Positions 46,218 to 56,465 of a stretch of 64,000 nucleotides of DNA are shown one piece after another. The DNA comes from an uncultured delta proteobacterium (GTDB lineage Bacteria; Desulfobacterota; WTBG01), in the NCBI GenBank assembly GCA_963751515.1, contig CAVVUR010000016.1:12086-76085 (forward strand), written 5' to 3'. The notes beneath the pieces were generated by a model, which did no database searches, had not been told where the DNA came from, and worked only from the letters and a program-made list of their open reading frames with translations. Each line of letters opens with the position of its first letter. Position 1 is the stretch's first letter. The position numbers were made by a program, and so were the translations under genes.

Positions 46218-47108
46218 TCAGCCGGCCGACATGATGGCGTCGGCCATGGCGGCCACCCGCTTCATCACCTTAACATCATGCACCCTCACCATGCCGGCGC
46301 CGTTGGCGATGGCGATGGCAACCGCGGCGGCGGTTCCCTCTTCCCTCTCGCCCGGGCCAAGGCCGAGCACCTCACCGATGAAGGCCTTCCGCGAGGGACC
46401 GACCAGCAGGGGTTTTTCGAGCGATGTAAAGCAGCCGAGGTGTTTCAGCAGGGAGAGATTCCCCTCGGGCACCGATTTGCCGAAACCGATGCCGGGGTCG
46501 ATCATAATCCTCCGCTCACCGATCCCTGCGGCCAGGGCGGCGTTGATGCGCTCCCGGAAGAAGGCATGAATCTCAGCAATCACATCATGGTACAGGACCT
46601 GCCGCTGCATGGTCCGCGGCGTCCCCCTCATGTGCATCAGCACCACCGCAGCGCCGCACCGGGCGACCAGCGGCGCCATGTCCGGATCCGAGCGAAGCGC
46701 GCTGATATCGTTGATCATGACGGCACCTGCGTTGATGGCATCAGCCGCAAGTGCCGCCTTGGCGGTGTCGACCGAAAGGGGTATCCGGATCCGGGCGGCA
46801 AGCCGCTCAATCACCGGCAGCACCCTCCGTCGCTCCTCCTCAAGGGAAACAGGCCGGGCGCCCGGCCGGGCGGACTCCCCGCCGATATCGATGACGTCAG
46901 CACCCTCATCCGCCATGCGCAGGGCGTGGTCCACGGCGCGCCCCTGGTCAAAAAATCTGCCGCCGTCGGAAAACGAATCGGGCGTCACATTGAGGATGCC
47001 CATGATATGGGTTCGCCTGCTGAAGTCGAGGCGGTAGCTCCCGCACTCCAGCTGCAGCCGGGAACAATCATCGGGATGTTTGTGGGTAGAAAGGATCGGG
47101 GAACCCAT
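46218..47108 (-). CDS. folP: Dihydropteroate synthase
   Basis: The motifs are …IMGILNVTPDSFSDGG…, …GADVIDIGGESARPGA… and …DPGIGFGK…. Confidence 0.9.
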   Translation of the reverse strand: MGSPILSTHKHPDDCSRLQLECGSYRLDFSRRTHIMGILNVTPDSFSDGGRFFDQGRAVDHALRMADEGADVIDIGGESARPGARPVSLEEERRRVLPVIERLAARIRIPLSVDTAKAALAADAINAGAVMINDISALRSDPDMAPLVARCGAAVVLMHMRGTPRTMQRQVLYHDVIAEIHAFFRERINAALAAGIGERRIMIDPGIGFGKSVPEGNLSLLKHLGCFTSLEKPLLVGPSRKAFIGEVLGLGPGEREEGTAAAVAIAIANGAGMVRVHDVKVMKRVAAMADAIMSAG

Positions 47109-47235
47109 TGCCTGTCGCTCGCGAGCCGGTAAAAACCGGCGACTTCAAACCGTCTCCGGGAGAAAACGCCACTGCACCCCGTCTCCGGGGGAATATGACA
47201 GGTACAGTAGCATGTTTTTAAAAAGGGGCGGCTTT

Positions 47236-47366
47236 CCTCAGGCTGTTCAAAAACATCCGGATGCAAGGCACGTCAAATCCTGAGGTATGAGGCGCACTAT
47301 CCGATACGCCGCAATGGCGAAGGATGAACGTGTAACCCAGGGGATGGGTGTTTTTTAACAGCCTGC
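47236..47366 (+). repeat. Intergenic repeat family 2, copy D (~130 bp, own terminal inverted repeat CAGGCTGTTCAAAAAC / GTTTTTTAACAGCCTG)
   Basis: It aligns over its full length, with scattered mismatches, to 59503..59631. It lies between ftsH and folP. Confidence 0.65.
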
Positions 47367-47418
47367 GGGAGGAAGCGTGCGGTTATGGTTCAAGCCCGCG
47401 CGAGCCGATGAAGAAAGA

Positions 47419-49248
47419 CTAGCTGCCCATTTCCCGCACCGTTGTAAACGCGCCGTTATCGAGGGGGTTATAATCCTTCATTATTTTTTCTATCTCGCTG
47501 TTATCCAGCACTTCCTTCTCCAGAAGCACCCTGGCCAGACGGTGGAGCAGGCCCGTGTTCTCAACCAGCAGCTGCTTGGCCCGCTCATAATTCTCCATAA
47601 TAATCCGTCGCACCTCTTCATCGATCCGCTCGGCCGTATCCTCGCTGTAGTCGCGGTGCTGGGCAATCTCCCGGCCTAGAAAGATCTGCTCCTCCTTTTT
47701 GCCGAAGGTAAGCGGCCCCAGCTTGTCGCTCATGCCCCAGTCGCAGACCATCTTTCGTGCCAGGTCGGTTGCGCGCTCCAGGTCATTGCCCGCGCCGGTG
47801 CTCACGTCCTTATTGATAATTTCTTCAGCCGCCCTGCCCCCCAGCAGCACCGCAATCTCCGCCAGCAGGAATTTTCTCTGCTTGGTGTACTTCTCGTCGG
47901 GCAGATAGTGCGTCTGGCCAAGCGACCAGCCGCGGGGAATGATGGTCACCTTGTGTATGGGATCGGTTTCGGGTATGAGCTTGGCCACCAGCACGTGCCC
48001 TATTTCATGGTATGCCGTATTTTCCTTGTCCTGGGCGCTGATGATCATGCTCTTGCGCTCAACACCCATCACCACCTTGTCCTTGGCAACCTCAAAGTCC
48101 GAGCGGTCAATCTTCTTCTTCTCTTTGCGGGCCGCCATTAAGGCGGCTTCATTCACCAGGTTGGACAAGTCGGCACCGCAGAAGCCCGGCGTGCTTTTGG
48201 CGATGGTCTCCAAATCCACATCGTCCGCAAGCGGCTTGTTCTTGGAATGCACCTTTAAAATTCCCTTGCGGCCCTTGATGTCGGGAATGGGAACCACCAC
48301 CCGGCGGTCAAACCTGCCCGGGCGCAGCAGGGCGGGATCGAGCACATCCGGCCGGTTGGTGGCGGCAATCAGGATGACCCCTTCATTGGATTCAAACCCG
48401 TCCATCTCCACCAGGAGCTGATTCAGCGTCTGCTCGCGCTCATCATGCCCGCCGCCGAGGCCCGCGCCGCGGTGCCTTCCCACGGCGTCGATCTCGTCAA
48501 TAAATATGATGCAGGGGGCGTTTTTTTTGCCCTGCAAGAAAAGATCCCTCACCCGCGATGCACCCACTCCCACAAACATCTCCACGAAGTCGGACCCGCT
48601 GATGCTGAAGAAGGGCACCCCCGCCTCCCCGGCAATGGCCCGGGCAAGGAGGGTCTTGCCGGTCCCCGGCGCACCCATAAGGATGACCCCCTTCGGAATC
48701 CGGCCCCCCAGCAGGGTGAACTTTTTGGGATCCTTGAGGAACTCGATAATCTCCTCCAGCTCTTCCTTGGCTTCATCGATGCCGGCGACATCCTCGAAGG
48801 TCACCTTCTGCTGCTGTTCGGTCAGCAGCTTGGCCCTGCTTTTGCCGAAGGACATCGCCTTTCCGCCGCCCGTCTGCATCTGCCGCATGAGAAAGATCCA
48901 GATGGCGATGATAATGATCATGGGAAACCAGCTGATGAGGATGGTGGTCCAAGGGGACTGCTTTTCCGCTTCACCGGTGATCATGACCCCCTTTTCCCGC
49001 AGGTCTTCAACCAGCCTGGCATAGCCGGGGTTGTAAGTCTGAAAGCGCCGGCTGTTCAGGAGCGTGCCCTCAACGTCGTTGCCCTGGATGAGAACCTCGC
49101 TCACCTCGCCTTTCGCCACCAGATCCAGGAATTCGGAAAAGTTAATATCATCCCGCTTTACTCTGGGCTGGCTGAACAGATTGATCAGCAGAACAAAAAC
49201 CAGCACCACGCCGAGCCACAGGGCAATATTTTTATTGAAACGGTTCAA
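47419..49248 (-). CDS. ftsH: ATP-dependent zinc metalloprotease FtsH
   Basis: The motifs are Walker A GAPGTGKT, Walker [10 protein letters not shown], an SRH region and the zinc motif HEIGH. Confidence 0.95.
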   Translation of the reverse strand: MNRFNKNIALWLGVVLVFVLLINLFSQPRVKRDDINFSEFLDLVAKGEVSEVLIQGNDVEGTLLNSRRFQTYNPGYARLVEDLREKGVMITGEAEKQSPWTTILISWFPMIIIIAIWIFLMRQMQTGGGKAMSFGKSRAKLLTEQQQKVTFEDVAGIDEAKEELEEIIEFLKDPKKFTLLGGRIPKGVILMGAPGTGKTLLARAIAGEAGVPFFSISGSDFVEMFVGVGASRVRDLFLQGKKNAPCIIFIDEIDAVGRHRGAGLGGGHDEREQTLNQLLVEMDGFESNEGVILIAATNRPDVLDPALLRPGRFDRRVVVPIPDIKGRKGILKVHSKNKPLADDVDLETIAKSTPGFCGADLSNLVNEAALMAARKEKKKIDRSDFEVAKDKVVMGVERKSMIISAQDKENTAYHEIGHVLVAKLIPETDPIHKVTIIPRGWSLGQTHYLPDEKYTKQRKFLLAEIAVLLGGRAAEEIINKDVSTGAGNDLERATDLARKMVCDWGMSDKLGPLTFGKKEEQIFLGREIAQHRDYSEDTAERIDEEVRRIIMENYERAKQLLVENTGLLHRLARVLLEKEVLDNSEIEKIMKDYNPLDNGAFTTVREMGS

Positions 49249-49411
49249 TGCGCACCTCGCGGGATAGGAAGAAACTGTTGTGCTTTTTCATGCCCATCGA
49301 TTGCAATACGGGCATGTGCCGGTACCTGCCCCCTCAAAATTTCAACCATATTTCGTGCAATTCTAACATAAACATTCCCGATCATCAAATGTTTTATCCG
49401 AAAACCCGTAA

Positions 49412-50803
49412 CTATTCCATTTCAATTTTCAGCACCCTTCTCGTTTTACCGGTAACCCTCAGGCGGTGATTGATCCTCATGCCCGCCACCCAGGCCACTT
49501 CATCACCAAACAGGACCAGGGGAACGCGCCTTCGTTCCGTCCGGGGTATTTTCTCATCGGTAAAGAGGTCCTGTATCTTCTTCTTCCCCCCCATGCCCAG
49601 CGGCTGAAAGGAATCCCCGGGTTTGGCGCTGCGAACGGTAAGCGGCATGCGCACCCTGTCAGCGTCAAGACAGGCGACTGCGGCGTTGCTTTCCAGTGCC
49701 ATTACGCTGCGTCTCCGCAGCACCGTAAAGGTCATCCGCATCCCTGTCTCCTGGATCACCACCTGTTCCGGCACTGCGTCATACTGATAGCTGAAGGCAG
49801 AGGTACTGCATGCGGGCCCGGTGGTAAGCGTCAGGAAGCGGTACGACTTTTCGGCGTGAATCCCGTCCGGCAGCTTCAGTGTTTTGTGCGATTCAGCGCC
49901 CGCCATGATCCCCATGAGATCATACAGGTGCGCGGCACCTATGCGCATCAGGTTTCCCTTGAGGCCCACCAGGATTGCTCTCAAGCACCGCAGTTGAATG
50001 ACCGGGGGCACGGCGGCAAAGCGGGCACAGTCTATGACTGCGCTGCTTTCGTTTTGCGATGCCAGAACTGCTTTAAGTTTTTTTTGAGCTATTTCATCCA
50101 AGTATTCGTTTTCCATGCTAATAATCGATGCTGTGGTAACCAGGGTTTTTACCAGCTGCGGATTGAAATCCTTTTTTAACAGGGGGAAAATCTCCCGGCG
50201 CAAACGGTTTCTCACATACTCACCTTTCAGGTTGGAGCTGTCCGTCACAAAGTCGATTCCCCTGATCCTGAGATAGGCTTCAATCTCCTCACGGGTGGTT
50301 TCGATCAGGGGCCGAATGATGATGCCATCCCGTACCGGGGGCATGCCACCCAGTCCCTTGAGCCCCGCCCCTCGCAGCAGCCAGAGCATGACCGTTTCCG
50401 CCTGGTCGTCGGCATTATGGCCCAGGGCAATTTTTCCCGCCCGGCATTGTAAGCGCACGTCTTGCAGGAAGCGGTAGCGGACTTCCCGGGCCCCTTCCTG
50501 CAGAGAGCGCGAGTGTTCCCTGCAGTAGGCCGGAACATCCTCTTCCTTCACCACGCAGGGCAGTCCGAGACCGCGGGCAAAGCGCTCCACGAACCGCGCA
50601 TCCCGTGCGGCCTCGGATCCCCTCACCCCATGATTGAGATGGGCTACCGTCAGGGTCAGGTTATAGATGCCGCGGAGCCGGTGCAACACATGGCAGAGCA
50701 TAATTGAGTCCGGCCCGCCCGACACACCCACCACGACCCTGTCTCCCGGCTCAAGCATCCGGTATTTTTTTATGGTTTTTTTTATCTTTCCCGGTGTAAG
50801 CAT
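49412..50803 (-). CDS. tilS: tRNA(Ile)-lysidine synthase
   Basis: The start is the ATG at 50803 (MLTPGKIKK…). The PP-loop is VGVSGGPDS. It lies upstream of ftsH, the common gene order. Confidence 0.85.
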   Translation of the reverse strand: MLTPGKIKKTIKKYRMLEPGDRVVVGVSGGPDSIMLCHVLHRLRGIYNLTLTVAHLNHGVRGSEAARDARFVERFARGLGLPCVVKEEDVPAYCREHSRSLQEGAREVRYRFLQDVRLQCRAGKIALGHNADDQAETVMLWLLRGAGLKGLGGMPPVRDGIIIRPLIETTREEIEAYLRIRGIDFVTDSSNLKGEYVRNRLRREIFPLLKKDFNPQLVKTLVTTASIISMENEYLDEIAQKKLKAVLASQNESSAVIDCARFAAVPPVIQLRCLRAILVGLKGNLMRIGAAHLYDLMGIMAGAESHKTLKLPDGIHAEKSYRFLTLTTGPACSTSAFSYQYDAVPEQVVIQETGMRMTFTVLRRRSVMALESNAAVACLDADRVRMPLTVRSAKPGDSFQPLGMGGKKKIQDLFTDEKIPRTERRRVPLVLFGDEVAWVAGMRINHRLRVTGKTRRVLKIEME

Positions 50804-51050
50804 GACACACGATTCAGAGGTTGAAAGGCATATGCGCCGGCACGTCGTCTTTTCCCTGCCACAAACCCTGCGGGAATATCCTAACACAAAAATGACATTT
50901 GCAAAACACAAACCCCGCGTCCAGGTGGTGCTAAACGGGGAAGAGGGACTGCTCGTTCTTTTTTGACTTTTAATTAACTGCCAATGTGGTATATACTTTT
51001 ATACCAGCGCACCGATGATTGATTACCACCAATGCCCGGGGTTCACTACC

Positions 51051-51275
51051 ATGAAACCAAAACTGATCCTTGCAACAGTGGCGGTCCTCATCTTTGTGAT
51101 CATCCTGATCCAGAACACCCAGGTTGTGGTGGTGAAACTTTTGTTTTGGGAACTGAGCATGTCCCAAATCATCCTCATCGGGTTAACCCTGCTTCTGGGA
51201 ATCGGCTTCGGCTTAATCCTTGCCACATTTTACAGTTACCGCGCTGGAAAGCACAAGGGCAAAGGGACGTTTTAG
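51051..51275 (+). CDS. LapA/DUF1049-like small inner-membrane protein
   Basis: The sequence is MKPKLILATVAVLIFVIILIQNTQVVVVKLLFWELSMSQIILIGLTLLLGIGFGLILATF… It has two TM helices with the characteristic '…QN.q.v.v.f…' linker. Confidence 0.55.
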   Translation: MKPKLILATVAVLIFVIILIQNTQVVVVKLLFWELSMSQIILIGLTLLLGIGFGLILATFYSYRAGKHKGKGTF

Positions 51276-51321
51276 TCACCGCATCTTATTCATACCACAA
51301 AGCGAAAGGAGTACCAGCCTC

Positions 51322-53000
51322 ATGGCAAACAGAAAAACCGTTGCTGCACAGCAGGAAACCGATACCCCCTGTTCAGTGAGTCCCGCCGGTGAGCGGTTTC
51401 CCATTCCCCGGCAGCAGGATTACGCTGCTGAGTTCGAGCGCATAAAAAAACTGGCGGAGCGGGCACGGGCTGAAGGAAGGGAAATCGTGGTGGTAATGGG
51501 CGTGGGCTTTGTCGGCGCGGTGATGGCGGCCATTATTGCCGACACCACGGATGAAAAGGGCGCAGCAGGAAATTCGTCATCGGGTGCCAGAGGCCGAGCA
51601 CCCGCAGTTACTGGAAAATCCCCCTCCTCAACCGGGGCGAGGCACCGGTCACCGCCGAGGACCCGGAGGTGCCGGCCATTATCAAGCGCTGCGTGGCGGA
51701 CAAAAAAACCCTGATTGCCACCTACAACAGCCAGTGTCTCTCCCTTGCCGACTGCGTGGTGGTGGACGTGCAGTGCGACTACACCAAGCATGACCTGGGT
51801 GACATGCGAACGGGAGAGGCTGAAATGGCGGCCCTCGAGGATACCATGCGCACCATCGGCAGGACCATACCGCCGGCCTGCCTGGTGCTGATTGAGACAA
51901 CGGTCGCGCCGGGGACAACCGAATTTGTCGCCTGGCCCATTCTCAAGAAGTCGTTCACCCAGCGCGGCATAGAGTCGGAGCCGCTGCTCGCCCACAGCTT
52001 TGAGCGGGTGATGCCGGGCAGGGAGTACGTGTCGAGCATACGCGATTTCTGGCGCGTCTGCGCCGGCTGCACCCCCGACGCGCGGGAGCGGGTGGAAAAG
52101 TTTCTTCGCGAGGTGCTCAACACCAGGGACTACCCGCTCACCATCATGGACCGGCCCATTGAATCGGAAACCACCAAGATCGTGGAAAACACCTACCGCG
52201 CCACCATCCTTGCCTTTCTCAACGAATGGAGCCTTTTTGCCGAACGCAACGGGGTGGACCTGATCAAGGTCATCAGCGCCATAAAAATGCGCCCCACCCA
52301 CAGCAACATCATCTTTCCCGGGCCCGGCATCGGCGGCTATTGCCTGCCCAAGGACGGCGGCCTCGGCTACTGGGCCTACCGCCACATTCTGGGATTTGAA
52401 GACGGGGAGAGCGTCTTCAGGATCACCCCCGCGGTGATTGACATCAACGACACCCGGGCGCTGCACGCGGCCGAGCTTACCCGCGACGCGCTGCGCAACA
52501 TGGACCGGTATATCGCCGGTGCGGAAGTGCTCCTCTGCGGCGCCAGCTACCGGCAGGACGTAGGTGACACCCGTTACAGCGGAAGCGAGCTGGTGGTCCG
52601 CAAGCTTACCGAAATGGGCGCCGATATGCGGGTGCACGATCCCTACGTGGACCACTGGTATGAGCTTGAAAGCCAGGACAGCTATCCCTCAGCGACACAT
52701 TCCTGGAAGCGCTTTTTCAGAAGCCAGGATGCCCTGGCGCACACCCGGGTCCTCAAGGACCTCCCGGAGGCGCTCCAGGGCGTGGAGGCGGTCATCTTTG
52801 CTGTTCCTCACGCCGCCTACCTCAAGCTCAGCCCGGATGAGGTGGTGCGGTGGGCGGGGCGTCCGCTGGCGGTGATCGACTGCTTCGGAATCCTCCCTGA
52901 TCATGCCATCCGGCGCTACTTCGAGCTGGGATGCGAAGTAAAGGCCCTGGGCCGCGGGCATGTCCAGCGCATCAAAAAAGAAGTGCAGAAGCGGAAATAA
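51322..53000 (+). pseudogene. Nucleotide-sugar dehydrogenase (UDP-glucose/GDP-mannose dehydrogenase family), frame broken by a 1-nt indel in gatgaaaaggg (~51551-51561)
   Basis: An AAAGGAG RBS precedes the ATG at 51322. The N-terminal Rossmann part reads …IVVVMGVGFVGAVMAAIIADTTDEKG (ORF 51220..51714). The shifted frame continues …RSRKFVIGCQRPSTRSYWKIPLLNRGEAPVTAEDPEVPAIIKRCV… (ORF 51669..53000). That piece contains the catalytic GGYCLPKD. Confidence 0.75.
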
Positions 53001-53038
53001 TTGTTTCATGCAGCAGCATTACATCATCGGGAGCACCA

Positions 53039-54688
53039 ATGCAGCATCACCCGCTCGCAGGCAAGCAGGTTCCCCGGACACTGCTCACCGATATCCCCCT
53101 CTTGGTGAGTACGTACTACACCCGCCATCCGGATCCGCAGGTCAAAAGCCAGCAGGTGACCTTCGGCACCTCCGGGCACCGCGGCTCCTCGTTTAAGGGC
53201 AGTTTCAACGAAGATCACATCCTTGCCATTACCGAGGCCATCTGCCGTTATCGCGACACTCACGGCATCACCGGCCCTCTTTTCCTGGGCAAGGACACGC
53301 ATGCCCTCTCCGAGCCGGCCCATTCCACCGCCCTGGAAGTGCTTGCCGCCCACGGCATCGAGGTGATGGTGCACATGGATTCGGGCTACACCCCTACCCC
53401 GGTTATTTCGCATGCCATTCTCAGCTACAACCGGGGCAAAAGCTCGCACCCGGCTGACGGCATTGTCATCACTCCTTCTCACAATGGACCGGAAGACGGA
53501 GGTTTCAAATACAATCCTCCGCACGGAGGTCCTGCCGATACCGCCACCACCGGCTGGGTTGAAAAAAAAGCCAATGAACTGCTGGCAGACAATAACCAGG
53601 AGGTGCGCAGGATATCGTACGCGAAGGCCGTGAGCGCTGATACAACTCACGCATATGACTACATTACTCCCTATGTGGATGATCTCAGGCATTGTATCGA
53701 CCTCGATGCCGTGCAGTCCGCAGGTCTGAAGATAGCTGCGGATGCCCTGGGAGGGTCAGGCATTGCATTCTGGGAGCCCATTGTCGAGCGCTACAAATTA
53801 AACATTGATGTGTTTAACCGGGCAGTTGATCCCACCTTTAGCTTTATGACCGTGGACAAAGACGGAAAAATCAGGATGGATTGTTCTTCCCCCTTTGCCA
53901 TGGCCGGCCTCATCAAGCTCAAAGACAGCTATGATATTGCCTTTGGCAACGACCCCGATTATGACCGGCATGGCATCGTTACCCGGAGCAGGGGGCTGCT
54001 GAACCCCAACCACTACCTCTCGGCGGCGATCTGGTATCTCTTCCAGAACCGGCCGGGCTGGCGGGAAGAAGCCGCGATCGGGAAAACCCTGGTGAGCAGC
54101 TCCATGATCGACAGGGTTGCCGGCACATTAAAGCGAAAATTGAGCGAGGTACCCGTGGGATTCAAGTGGTTTGTCGACGGCCTGCTTGACGGATCGTACG
54201 CGTTCGGAGGGGAAGAAAGTTCCGGCGCGGCCTTTGTCCGCAGGGATGGCACCGTCTGGACCACCGATAAGGACGGCTTCATCATGGACCTGCTGGCTGC
54301 TGAAATTACCGCCAGGACCGGGCGTGATCCCGGTGAACATTATGCAGTGCTTACCGAGCGCTTCGGAAACCCGGTTTATGAAAGGATCGATGCGCCGGCC
54401 ACCCCCGAGCTTAAGGCGGCGCTGCAGCATCTTTCACCCCGGCACATCACCGCTTCTGAAATGGCCGGGGAAAAGATCACTGCCGTCCTGACCGCAGCCC
54501 CCGGCAACGGCGCTTCCATCGGCGGGATTAAGGTGATGACCGAAAACGGCTGGTTCGCGGCACGGCCGTCGGGTACAGAAGATGTGTACAAGATGTACGC
54601 GGAAAGCTTCAAGGGCGAAGACCATTTGCGGCGCATCCAGGAGGAAGCGCAGGCACTCATCAACACCGCTTTCCGCAGCGCGGGATAA
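53039..54688 (+). CDS. pgm: Phosphoglucomutase, alpha-D-glucose-phosphate specific
   Basis: The sequence carries …FGTSGHRGSS…, the active-site TPSHNGPEDGGFKYN, …GDPDYDRHG… and …GGEESSGA…. Confidence 0.9.
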   Translation: MQHHPLAGKQVPRTLLTDIPLLVSTYYTRHPDPQVKSQQVTFGTSGHRGSSFKGSFNEDHILAITEAICRYRDTHGITGPLFLGKDTHALSEPAHSTALEVLAAHGIEVMVHMDSGYTPTPVISHAILSYNRGKSSHPADGIVITPSHNGPEDGGFKYNPPHGGPADTATTGWVEKKANELLADNNQEVRRISYAKAVSADTTHAYDYITPYVDDLRHCIDLDAVQSAGLKIAADALGGSGIAFWEPIVERYKLNIDVFNRAVDPTFSFMTVDKDGKIRMDCSSPFAMAGLIKLKDSYDIAFGNDPDYDRHGIVTRSRGLLNPNHYLSAAIWYLFQNRPGWREEAAIGKTLVSSSMIDRVAGTLKRKLSEVPVGFKWFVDGLLDGSYAFGGEESSGAAFVRRDGTVWTTDKDGFIMDLLAAEITARTGRDPGEHYAVLTERFGNPVYERIDAPATPELKAALQHLSPRHITASEMAGEKITAVLTAAPGNGASIGGIKVMTENGWFAARPSGTEDVYKMYAESFKGEDHLRRIQEEAQALINTAFRSAG

Positions 54689-54733
54689 GATGCACTCACG
54701 CCACTAATCTTTTACCACAACGGATCAGTCCCT

Positions 54734-54946
54734 ATGCAAACAAAAAACCGCCCGCCGGACACACCGGTAGACATCCTCACTGCTGCACTGAAAAAAGAAA
54801 GGGAAGCCTACGCTTTTTACAATCAGCTCATCAACAGCTCCACGATAACCGTGGTCCAGGAACTGCTGGAGCAGCTGCGCGATGAAGAACACAAGCACAT
54901 ACTCATGATAGAGGGAAAAATCTCAAGGCTCAGGGGTGTCAGCTGA
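54734..54946 (+). CDS. Small ferritin/rubrerythrin-like helical protein (70 aa)
   Basis: The pattern …EREAYAFYNQL…QLRDEEHKHILMIEG… follows the ExxH diiron half-site. Confidence 0.4.
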   Translation: MQTKNRPPDTPVDILTAALKKEREAYAFYNQLINSSTITVVQELLEQLRDEEHKHILMIEGKISRLRGVS

Positions 54947-55016
54947 AACTGTTCGGGAGGAATGTACCGGTTACCGGGAATCTGTTTGTGAGGGAACACA
55001 CAGAAGGAGTCGAGGA

Positions 55017-55349
55017 ATGATTAAAAAAACTATTTCCGCCATAGAAGAAAGGGTCAAACAGCTCGATTCGATGAAGCAGGACAACCGGGCAGAGTTGCTC
55101 ATGCTGCTTGCAACCCTGAAAACCGAGATCGAAGAGCTGGCCAAAACATGTCGCGAAGAGGCGGAAAGCATTCTGGGATTCACCACCGTCTCGACCCATG
55201 AAACCATGCGGCAGGACAAAAACCCCCAACTGGTAAAGGTGTCACTGGAAGGCCTGGCCTCGTCGGTAAAGGGATTTGAGACGTCCCATCCCACCCTGGT
55301 CGGGACGGTTAACCGCATATGCGTGATGCTCTCCAATATCGGCATATAG
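55017..55349 (+). CDS. DUF4404-like protein
   Basis: A GAAGGAG RBS lies 7 nt upstream of the ATG at 55017. The C-terminus …FETSHPTLVGTVNRICVMLSNIGI matches my recollection of the DUF4404 signature. Confidence 0.5.
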   Translation: MIKKTISAIEERVKQLDSMKQDNRAELLMLLATLKTEIEELAKTCREEAESILGFTTVSTHETMRQDKNPQLVKVSLEGLASSVKGFETSHPTLVGTVNRICVMLSNIGI

Positions 55350-55372
55350 CCTGTCCGTGCCATGGCGCGGCC

Positions 55373-56311
55373 ATGCCGGCACAGTTGAAAGCCGTTTTCC
55401 TGCTTGTTCTTCTTTGCAGTTGCACAAACGCTGACATCCCGGGACAGCAGAAGATGCAGCCTTCCCCTCGCTACGCACAATCCGTGTTGCCTACACCGGT
55501 GCTGAACATCCCTGAAGTCTCCTCCGTCTTCGGCGCGCAGGCCGTCAAGCCGCGCGACCATTATGATACGGGCCTTTTGCGCGAACTGGAGTTTATTGCC
55601 CTGCCGCATACGGTATTTACCATCGAGGCGGTGATCCGCAGGGAAGAGGAGACCGTATACCGGGTCACTACGGCCGATTACCCCTATCCCTCAGCGGGCG
55701 GATATTATATAGACAGCAGGTTCGTCCGGGCAAGCGTTGAAAAACCTCCCGAGCGCGCGAAGCGCCTCCCGGACAAAAAAGCCATCATTGCTTTTCTGAT
55801 CTCGTCGGAGGGAAGCGCGTATCTCTGGGGCGGTAATGTGAGAGAAGGGATATCACAGATGCTTTCGTTCTACCCTCCGCCCGCCGCCCTCACTCAGGAG
55901 GAACGCGACCGGTGGATGCTTCAGGGATTGGACTGCTCCGGCCTCCTCTACCAGGCAACCGGCGGCTGCACACCGAGGAACACGGGTTCACTTGTAAACT
56001 TCGGAGATGCAGTGCCCATCGCAGATTTAACTCTCTCTCAGATCATTCAGGCGGTCGAGCCGTTTGATATCATTGTCTGGCCGGGACATGTCATCATTGT
56101 TCTCGACCGGGACCGGGTCATCGAAAGCCGTCTTGATTATGATAATACCCGGGCCGGCAATCAGGGCGGCGTTAGAATCCGGACTATCGGGGGGGTGCTA
56201 ACCGAAATTCTCAATGAACGGATACCGGTCAACAGTTACACTGTCAAGGAGATACCCGAACAGAAGCAGTTTGTTATTCGCAGGTGGTATCCGCACGGCA
56301 GCCAGCAATGA
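55373..56311 (+). CDS. NlpC/P60 (C40) family cell-wall peptidase lipoprotein
   Basis: The lipobox is …LLVLLCSC. The catalytic region reads …YLWGGN…GLDCSGLLYQA…VWPGHVIIVLD…. Confidence 0.65.
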   Translation: MPAQLKAVFLLVLLCSCTNADIPGQQKMQPSPRYAQSVLPTPVLNIPEVSSVFGAQAVKPRDHYDTGLLRELEFIALPHTVFTIEAVIRREEETVYRVTTADYPYPSAGGYYIDSRFVRASVEKPPERAKRLPDKKAIIAFLISSEGSAYLWGGNVREGISQMLSFYPPPAALTQEERDRWMLQGLDCSGLLYQATGGCTPRNTGSLVNFGDAVPIADLTLSQIIQAVEPFDIIVWPGHVIIVLDRDRVIESRLDYDNTRAGNQGGVRIRTIGGVLTEILNERIPVNSYTVKEIPEQKQFVIRRWYPHGSQQ

Positions 56312-56344
56312 TGGCTGCTCATACCTCCGAAGCACGAAATCCCT

Positions 56345-56438
56345 GAGACATGCAATGTGGGATAAAAAATTTTTAATCTCATATTGCGGATCGCACATCA
56401 CACATCATTACGTAGTGCTTCGGATTTCGGATTTAAGC
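56345..56438 (-). repeat. Intergenic repeat family 3, copy 2 (inverted relative to 5821..5938)
   Basis: The reverse complement reads cttaaatccgaaatccgaa…tgatgtgtgatgtgcgatccgcaatatgagattaaaaattttttatcccacattgca. Confidence 0.6.
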
Positions 56439-56465
56439 CTATAAGCCGGCCTCAGGAGAAAAACT

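Noticed and set aside
20556-51562. Programmed ribosomal frameshifting as an explanation for the five split genes
   Set aside because: There are no slippery heptamers or stimulatory structures. These gene families are not known to use recoding. The breaks look like plain single-base indels, some at short homopolymer or GC runs, so sequencing error or mutation is far more likely.
51420-52655. 411-aa minus-strand ORF, and the 336-aa '+' ORF at 45559..46569
   Set aside because: They lie antisense to the nucleotide-sugar dehydrogenase gene and to cdaA/folP respectively. They carry no family signatures, whereas the sense-strand genes have catalytic motifs.
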